A DNA stretch of 64,000 bases. Source: Auanema rhodensis. Its lineage: Eukaryota; Animalia; Nematoda. Position numbers and translations under genes: made by a program. Where the stretch lies: positions 14,012,001 to 14,076,000 of the forward strand of contig OZ059898.1 of assembly GCA_964057225.1 (NCBI GenBank), given 5' to 3'. The first letter of the stretch is position 1. The number at the start of each line of letters is the position of its first letter. Shown one piece after another: positions 13,468 to 22,300 of the stretch. The notes beneath the pieces were generated by a model. The model made no database searches, was not told the origin of the DNA, and saw only the letters and a list, made by a program, of their open reading frames with translations.

Positions 13468-14617
13468 ATATAATTACAGAATGAAAAGCAGAAACATATT
13501 TTTTTCAAACGTTTCACATCAAAAATTCAAAAATGGACAAGCTCAAGTATTTTCAAGATCTTTGCAACATATAGCAAAACGTCAAACCATTCTTAAAAAA
13601 TGAAAAATGTATGCCTTCGGGGGGAATCGAACCTCCGTCGAATGCTTGGAAGGCATCCATGCTGACCATTACACCACGAACGCTACAATAGGTTGTGAAC
13701 TATTAGATTAGATGAGTTGACACATCTTTGACTTCATATATAATTACGAATGAAAAGCAGTAACATATTTTTTTCAAACGTTTCACATCAAAAATTCAAA
13801 AATGGACAAGCTCAAGTACTTTCAAAATCTTTGCAACATATTGCAAAACGTCAAACCATTCTTAAAAAATGAAAAATGTATGCGTTCGGGGGGAATCGAA
13901 CCCCCGTCGAATGCTTGGAAGGCATCCATGCTGACCATTACACCACGAACGCTACGATGGCTCTTGAACTATTAGATTAGATGAGTTGACACATCTTTGA
14001 CTTCATTGATAATTACGAATGAAAAGCAGAAACATATTTTTTCAACGTTTCACATCAAAAATTCAAAAATGGACAAGCTCAAGTATTTTCAAAATCTTTG
14101 CAACATATTGCAATCAAATCGTTCACAAAAAATGAAAAATGTATGCGTTCGGGGGGAATCGAACCCCCGTCGAATGCTTGGAAGGCATCCATGCTGACCA
14201 TTACACCACGAACGCTACGATGGCTCTTGAACTATTTGATTAGATGAGTTGACACATCTTTGACTTCATTGATAATTACGAATGAAAAGCAGTAACATAT
14301 TTTTTTCAAACGTTTCACATCAAAAATTCAAAGATGGACAAGCTCAAGTATTTTCAAAATCTTTGCAACATATTGCAATCAAATCGTTCAGAAAAAATGA
14401 AAAATGTGTGCTTTCGGGGGGAATCGAACCCCCGTCGAATGCTTGGAAGGCATCCATGCTGACCATTACACCACGAACGCTACAATAGGTTGTGAACTAT
14501 TAGATTAGATGAGTTGACACATCTTTGACTTCATATATAATTACAGAATGAAAAGCAGAAACATATTTTTTTCAAACGTTTCACATCAAAAATTCAAAAA
14601 TGGACAAGCTCAAGTAT

Positions 14618-14982
14618 CGTTCCATGCGGACGCCTAGTGTATGTAGTTAGTGGGTTAGAGTTAGACTGACTAGAGGACTGAGGAATAGCTCCGCCTTACC
14701 TCGGTTCTCTAACCAGGAGTTCGCCTCTTAGCAAGCCCATGGACGGTTTGTATCTAGTTTAGTTTATCTTGTACATTAGTCATTGTCTTGTAAATGTAGT
14801 CTACTCCATTCTTGTATTATTGTAGTGTAATGTTGTTGTATCGTGTATAATAAATCTATCCTTTTCCTTATCTTATGATATCCTTATGCTCTGTTTTCAT
14901 ACGCTACACTTATGGAATACTATCCGCGTAGTTGAGCAGACTACAATGGTCTGTTCAGTATACGCAGGAGCATAATGGAACG
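14618..14982 (+). repeat. 5' LTR, family A copy 1
   Basis: Direct repeat of 25768-26132; 8 bp terminal inverted repeat CGTTCCAT/ATGGAACG; AATAAA at 14849-14854. Confidence 0.96.
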
Positions 14983-14995
14983 TGGAGGTTCCACC
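14983..14995 (+). promoter_or_regulatory. Primer binding site complementary to the tRNA-Gln 3' end
   Basis: TGGAGGTTCCACC directly after the LTR is the reverse complement of ...GGTGGAACCT-CCA of metazoan tRNA-Gln (from memory). Confidence 0.88.
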
Positions 14996-15079
14996 TCGAA
15001 CTCACTTTTGATCAAAATTAACCTCGAAAAGTCCATTTTTTGAAACTAAATTAAAATTTCCTCCACGGTTAGCAACTAA

Positions 15080-15690
15080 ATGTAGGCGCCAACTTGTATT
15101 TAGGGTACAGATACAAGGGATCTCTTTTGATTGAGAGATAGGACAAAAATTTTTCAAAAATTGCCCGCCGTTCTCATATTTAAACCGTCTGAATGTCCAC
15201 CCTTTGTAATACCGTATCTCGTACCGCTTCTTATGCATTTTTTTTTGAGGACGTTTGGACTAAAATAGAGAACGATTTTACCAGACGAAAACTAATCGAA
15301 TTTTGATTACATTTTGCAATGAGAAGAATAACTCTTGGAAACAAAATAACATAAACGCGCGCATAACTATAACATTTTTAATTTTGTGGTCAGGACTAGC
15401 ATACTTCAAATTATGATCATATTCAGACGCACAAGATCACAGATTGAATAACATTTTGCGGGAAATTGACTGAAAGTCAGAGAAAATCATTAAGATAGAC
15501 CACACTAGTCCGAAAAATCCTGGTAAATCTGCTCAGTGAGACTTTTTTAGCTCTTACTTGACAGTCAGGTCAGGTTGGCGAAAACATAACTGCTTTGGAT
15601 TTTATCCCCATAGAGTATGTAACCTTCCTCAACTCATTTTGTTGCATACATCATAAGATAACCACATATTCCTACCGTAACCTTAAAATT
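15080..15690 (+). ncRNA. Conserved structured cis-acting RNA domain in the retroelement leader (function unknown)
   Basis: Multiple complementary segment pairs conserved in family B (56045-56640), several with compensatory or G.U-consistent changes; 1-nt indels between families argue against coding. Confidence 0.65.
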
Positions 15691-16321
15691 TTCACATATT
15701 TCTGTTAAAACCGGAATAATTTTCGTATTCTTCAGCAAATAAGCGAAAAAAAAAAAAAAAAATTTTCTCGTTCTTTTGTTGTTCATATTTGATTGCGAAA
15801 TTTTATTTAATAATTTTACTTCAAAAAGGTACAATCGAAAAAAAAAAAAAAGAAAAAAGCGATGTAATTTTCTATTCATTTGTGAACGACAAAGGAAACA
15901 CAAAGTAAACTTATGCCTCATACACTTTTTGTATTGTGAAGGTTATTCAAAATGGTTGCAATTCCATTTTGAAATTGGTTCCAAGTGACTAAAAGAACCG
16001 GAAACACAAAAGAAAAAAAAAATTTTTGAAAAGTACACATGTACAACAAACACCGTCATTACGGATTTAATAGAAGGACCGAGTATGTCAAATTATAAAC
16101 ACGATTGCTGATTGCCGAATACGGTGGATGGGCGGAGTTAGATCTCTGGCCAAGATTGAAAATTCCTTCTCATTCACCCTGCAGCATCGCCCCAGCGACG
16201 CACGAAAAGTTTCTACTTTAATACAACTCTCATCCTATCTACAGAATACTCAGCTACTAACGTCAACATCCCTCACGTAGCCCACCACTCTCGGTTTTTC
16301 CAAACCAAGAGTACTACAAAG

Positions 16322-19300
16322 GTGGCAAAGAGATTTGCTTCGGCTTTTTCAGCCCTTCACCCATCAGATTCTAACAGCGACGCTACCGTCGCTAGCCGTA
16401 CAAGAAGCCGCACACGACTCCTCAGTGTTCAAATAGAAGAGTCTAATCAGCCGGACGAAAAGCCGAAACCACAACTCGACAAATTCTATACTCCACGCGA
16501 AGGTACATATTCACCTTCTGACGACACCGACGAAGACCCGGACTTCATCATAGCCGACGGCAACGCTCAAACTCCCACTACAAACCCCAAGGTACGCTCA
16601 TTTAATACTAATAAAAATCGAAAAATTCAAAAAGAAAATCCGACAACCGTATCTGCCTCTCCTGTTAACTCAGATCCAAACACTTTATCAGCTATCACTG
16701 ATAACACACTCTCTCCTTCTATAGAGCTAACCCAGAGTCCACAGGCGTATTCCGCAACTACAGACCTTCGAAACTCTTCAAATCAAGAGCTCACCGAAGC
16801 TAATACTAGCCAATCTCCTTTATCAGCTATCACTGATAAGCTCAAAAAGAATATTTCCAATAAGAGGAAAACCAGCACACCCCGTAAACGAACAAAAGTA
16901 ACCACTGAGGCAGAAGCACCCTCCGCAGAAGCTTCAGAAGTTTCACCGTTATCACTTACAACTGATAAGTACAAAAACAAGAGATCGTTAACAGCCCGAC
17001 TGATAAAGATCTTAAACTTATCTCCAGGTGATAAAGCAACAACTCCCAATACCGTAAGACCTCGATTTGCTTCACATAACTCTTATCTTAACAAATCAGA
17101 TAGCGCAATCCTTAGCTCCCAATCAACTCCTATAACACCGCCTCAGGCATCTGGCAGGGTTATCAAGGTCCAAAAAGCTCGTTCTACAACAGCGGTTCCC
17201 GTTATAAGCTCTTCAATCGATTCAGAGACCGGTGGCTCTTCAGAGACAAGAAGAAACACTTACCCAGAAGCATCAATAAGTGAAGTGATAACATCACCTA
17301 TCACACACCCCAAAGGCATTTCATCAGAAATGACTGAAACACCACGTCTCCCGGGAGCTGGTAAATCAACCATTGCTCAGGCATTAAGCTCTCCATACTG
17401 CCCCATATATGATGGAAGTCGTAACTTTCGAGATTTCGTTGCGAAATTTAACACCTTCTCTAATGCCTTAGGCTTAGTGATGCCTGAGAGATTAACTATC
17501 TTGCCTCTACTTCTCAAAAATGAAAGAGCGGAAGAAGCTTATACACAGCTGGCCAATGAAATAAAGACAGCTGGACCTTGGATCACACTGATCGAAGAGT
17601 TAACATCGAAGCTTTGCCCTGAATATAATCAGGACCCGGCACTGATAACGCTTCAAAATTCCACCCAAGGCGACTTATCAGTGGATGGATTTGCGCAAAC
17701 CCTACGTAACTTAAGTTTGAACGCATTTTCTCAGAGTGATCCTCACAAGGATCACATCCTCCGATCAACATTTTTGCGAGGACTCAAAAACAGCATACGC
17801 CCTGGGGTAATCAGAGCAAAACCCAAAACTTTTTCTGAAGCTATTGATAACGCCCGTTGGGAAGAATCAATAGCTAATCAAGTAGCTGACCCTCAAGCGT
17901 TACTTGTAAACGCAATAGAAAGAACATTCCCACAAAGGAGAGATCCTGGTAGGCGAGGAAACGGTAGAGGATATCAATCATTCAACAATAAAAATTATCA
18001 AAATTATCAAAATTATCAAAATTCATCAAACTATCAAAAACCTCAAAATTATCAAAATTCATTTGCAAGAAATCGCAATTTTGGTAATCGCGGTCGAAAT
18101 TTTTCAAATCAACCTAACTCGAATTGGTATCAAAGAAATAATACTTTATCACGCAACCAGGAGATAAACGATAACCGTCAACGCTTAAATAATCCCTTCA
18201 GGGGAAATAACAACAACAGAGGAAGAGGAAGAGGCTCTAGAGTCAATAACTTGACTTTAATATCTCCTTTAACATTAGCAGTAGCTTTATCAGTAATCTT
18301 ATCACTGATCACCACTGTGGAAGCTTATCAGCTATGCACAAAAGCTACCGGAGGAGCCCTTCTGATTCCACCTTCCCTTAGAAAATGTTCCATACCATCA
18401 ACAAAACACGTGCTTCGGACAAGAATTCATCTTTACACAAGAAATCAAACAGCTCACGAATGGGACGCCTGGAGATGCTCTAAAGAGGTTCATAAAATAT
18501 GTATAAGAGACCTCCTATTTCTTCGAGACTACAACAGTACAGTTGACAGAATCGAAAAAATACCAGCCGCAGAATGCAGGTTGGCAGTACGAGATAGGAA
18601 ATGGAGCTCTGAGGAATTGAAAAAACTTGATAGCATTACATATGCAACAAACGAGCCAACATTTTCGCCCGGACGATCGCTCAATAATGAACAATGCGAA
18701 GAAAAACCTCGACTGGTACTAGAACGAGGAGTAATGACAAGAATGCCAGATGACACTGTAATATCGAATTTAATTTTGAATACTGAAGGCTGTCTTTCGC
18801 ATCACGGAGAATGTGCGTCTAACACTTCTATAATCATTTGGGACAAACAGCCTTACGAGAATCGTTGTAATTACATTGACATGAGCGAATATGATGCTAT
18901 AATTGGAGACAGCATCATTCTCATCCCAACAACGCAGTCTGCACTTGTCATTGAGAACAAAAAAGTCCCGAAAGAAATATCATCTTGTTTCCAACAACCA
19001 ATTTTTCACACTACAACTGGAAATTATATTCTCTTCCCGAAGTTCCCAAACGACATCAATATACATGAACTGATCGAAAGAGAATTCAAGAAATTACCGC
19101 CAAAAAGGACAAAAAGAGCCATTGCAGAATGCAAGGTTGAAATGAACAAAGAATGGATTCAACAACAGGAAGATTTTGAAACAATAATTTTAAACATATG
19201 CCCATATCCATTTCTCCGACCAGTTATGAGCAACCCGGGAATTTCCCAAATTATCCCACTCATGCGTAGCAGACAAATAGCAGATCCTTCATACTCTGTT

Positions 19301-22300
19301 GTCGACTGGATTTCCGCACATCCTGAGAAATTCTATTTCTTTCTTCGAAATCCCGTCTCAGATAAATCAATACAACGATTTTTCAAAATTTACGAACTGC
19401 GTAACCCTGAAGAGGCTATACTCTTCTTTTTGGCACAAAAAGAGCTGGCAGCAACCACAAGAGGCGCTATCCGGTACCTTACTTCTCTACAACTATTAGA
19501 GCAGATCGGCGACAGATTGTCAGCGGAAGAATTTGACGAAAAACTCTTAAAGAAAGATGGATCATACCGCGAAAGAGCAGAAATCATAGCATTAGAACTA
19601 GCATTTACGCCCGTAGTATTTGAAAACAACTTGTCGGTACCATCAAAACAAGAAGTTTTAAAAGCCTTTGTGAACATGCCGCCTACGAGGCCCAGTTTAA
19701 CGACTGATAGTGAGGAGGAGAGAAGAGTACTTGAAAACACTCTCGACTTATATCACAACATAATCAAACTACGCGTGGCTAGGCCAAATAGAACGATAGC
19801 CGCCAAGGATGATGAAAGGTTTCGTCATCTGCCGGTTCCTGCCACCAAACTACCAGATATACATACATTATACCACGATATAGAGAACAATTTTGGTATA
19901 CCGGTGGGCCCACATCCTCGTATACAGAATCCTAGCAAAGATACGCGAGAATTGCTCATTCGGACATTCCTACCTTTGCTAGAAGACACACGCAAACCAC
20001 CTTACTTGAGTAGAAGACTGCCTATTACCACCACTCAAATGACACCACTATCAGGGCCTCCGGAAACAATTTACAAAGAACCTACAAAAAGTCAGACGAC
20101 CTATGCACCACAGCCAGTAACAAAAACCGCTACCTTGGTGCAGCAAACAACAAGATTTGATGAAACTACTGAGACAACCACGACACACGCAACAAGCACG
20201 ATGTTATATGCTTTGTACACTGAGAAAACACCTTCAACAATGACACCCATATCCGAAACCACGCTACGCTCCTTAAGGAAACAAAGAACATCATCGCCTC
20301 CTATAGAAACAAAAGCGATTCAGGCTCAGAGCAATTATATAGCATCAAAAGTGAACAATGAAATGCAAACTAATCAAAATACATCTCGAAAAATAGCACA
20401 AGATCATCTGCAATACGCTACCACAATTGTGCAGGAAGAACTACAACGACATTTTGTGGAATCTTTTGAATCCATATGTGAAATCCAGAATAGATACCTG
20501 GAATTATGGCGTTCTATTTTACAAATAGAGCCCACAATTGCAATGAGGACCATACTAGGTAGAGACGATATTGCAGCGCGTTTTGTGGGCAGCGAGATAG
20601 TACATGTTCACATATGTCTACCTCTGAAGCCTAAGACTGTTCATTATTCACATAAGATCAACGAAACTTGCTATCTAGAGACGCCAGTAACAACAGAGGA
20701 GAATAAATTGTATTTTGCTGCACCAGGATCGAAAGATTTATTGACACATGGAAAAGAAATAAATTGCGATCACGTACCAACTGATGTATATTCAAAAGAT
20801 GGCGAGTGGATGAATGTCAATGGGTCGGTAGAAGTGAACCCCATCTCACTTCTTGATGGTGCTCACCATCATCAAATTACACCATTGAAATTTACAGGAG
20901 CTCATCTTTATACGAATCTTTCATCACGAATATACTCAATGACTACAGCAATCGCATACGGAGCTAGTCTTGCATCAATACGACAAAATCACGTATTACA
21001 TACCATTCACAATGATCCTCAAATAACATCGACATTTAATCTTTTGAAAAGGGGCAGCGATTATATCTCGAAAGCTAAAGAATTTACATCTACAGCCTGG
21101 AACAGTGTCATAGATAGTTTGATAGGGTCAATTGAAAAAACACTCATATTCATAGGATCCGTGGTCATAATTATCGCATTGACCATTATTGTTATCGTCA
21201 TCGCTAAACTATACTTCTGTAAAACAATGCCGTTACCTATCATGCACATTCAAGGCATGGATCATGAGCCCCCAGGCTATGAAGAAACATTGGAACTTGT
21301 TAGTCGAGCAGATCAACCAATGCCAGAAAGCATAATGAAACAATACTATCCAGCTCTGGTGACATTTATTCCATTAGCAATGCCATTCATCTCTTCTATT
21401 AGAGCAACGGAAACAAAGTTACCTTTGATATACATATCAGTAGAGGACAAGCTGATACTAGCACTATGGGATTCAGGCTCATCAGTCTCATATGTTAGGC
21501 TATCGACACTAAAATATTTAAATATGGCTCAACATATTAAAAAGAGACGTTTAGTTGCAATGGCTGCTAATAAATCAACATTCACATTATATGGAAAAAT
21601 AGAACTCATTATTGAAATTGCTGGTTATGAAATCGAACACACATTTTTGGTCTCGAGCGATAACGATTGCCCAGCCCCAGCGTTAATTGGACTCGACTTC
21701 ATGAAAACGCTCGATAGCGAAAACATCGACGTCAGCCTGAAACCATCCAAAAAAACGCTCGAGATTGGTAACCACGCTCTTCCTTTGATTGAACAAGAAG
21801 TCATTAAACAGAAATCAATAACTGTAAACATCATCAATTTAAAAAGACGTATACTACAGCCTGAAGAAGAAGCTCCTATACCAATCAAAACAGACAGGCC
21901 ACTCGAACAAAACGAAGTGGTAGTCTTAGGAGACAACGGAAGCGCGTTAGCCACCAGTTATCCAACAGCGTTTCGTGATACATGTGGAGTATATGTTATA
22001 TTCAGAAACAATACAGATAAAACGATAGAAATAGAACCCAACTCGGTAATTGGGCAAGCAAACATAGGAGAAATCCAGTCCTGGCAGTCCATCAAGAACG
22101 AGCCAACAACGCCTTATATACCACCCGAGGCAGACTGGGAAAACAAATTACCACACTTTCCCAGAGATTTCATGAAAGACCTTAACCTTGAGAAAGCTGA
22201 CCTAACAAAGGAAGATAAACAAGAACTAACAAAAATAATCGAACAACATAGGGAAGCTTTTCTAAATGAAGATAGAAAAATAGGCTTATTCAAAGGACCC

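Larger units (their letters stand above)
1..14617 (-). repeat. Tandem tRNA-Gly(TCC) gene array, block 1 (~53 units of ~263-270 bp; continues beyond the left edge; contains one solo LTR)
   Basis: Each unit contains tgcgttcggggggaatcgaacccccgtcgaatgcttggaaggcatccatgctgaccattacaccacgaacgc, whose reverse complement folds as a 72-nt cloverleaf with anticodon TCC; AT-rich ~195 bp spacer; copies counted by eye from 159 to 14409. Confidence 0.97.

Noticed and set aside
13089-13603. 142 aa hydrophobic ORF and 85 aa ORF across the solo LTR (also 55755 and 58974)
   Set aside because: They span LTR/array junctions and reflect T-rich LTR composition; I saw no matching ORF in the family A LTR
1-14617. CRISPR-like repeat/spacer periodicity
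   Set aside because: Spacers are near-identical rather than unique, the conserved part is a tRNA gene, there are no cas genes and the context is eukaryotic
14983-14995. Idea that the elements use the array's own tRNA as primer
   Set aside because: The gypsy PBS matches tRNA-Gln and the BEL PBS matches tRNA-Gly(GCC); neither matches the tRNA-Gly(TCC) 3' end
15390-15512. Group I intron-like words (TTGCGGGAAA, GACTA/TAGTC) in the leader
   Set aside because: Order is inconsistent with P-Q-R-S and I could not build P4/P6 or a G-binding site; kept only as an unassigned structured RNA
15002-15988. Short leader ORFs with partial similarity between families A and B
   Set aside because: Similarity switches frame through 1-nt indels, so conservation is at the nucleotide/RNA level
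16346-16352. TTTTCAG nematode splice-acceptor consensus just after the GTG
   Set aside because: Not conserved in family B (tttccgag), so not reported as a feature; RNA-seq would be needed to exclude it
17345-17371. LPGAGKST resembling a Walker A motif
   Set aside because: The first Gly of GxxxxGK[ST] is Arg, and there is no preceding hydrophobic strand or Walker B; it lies at the disordered/capsid boundary
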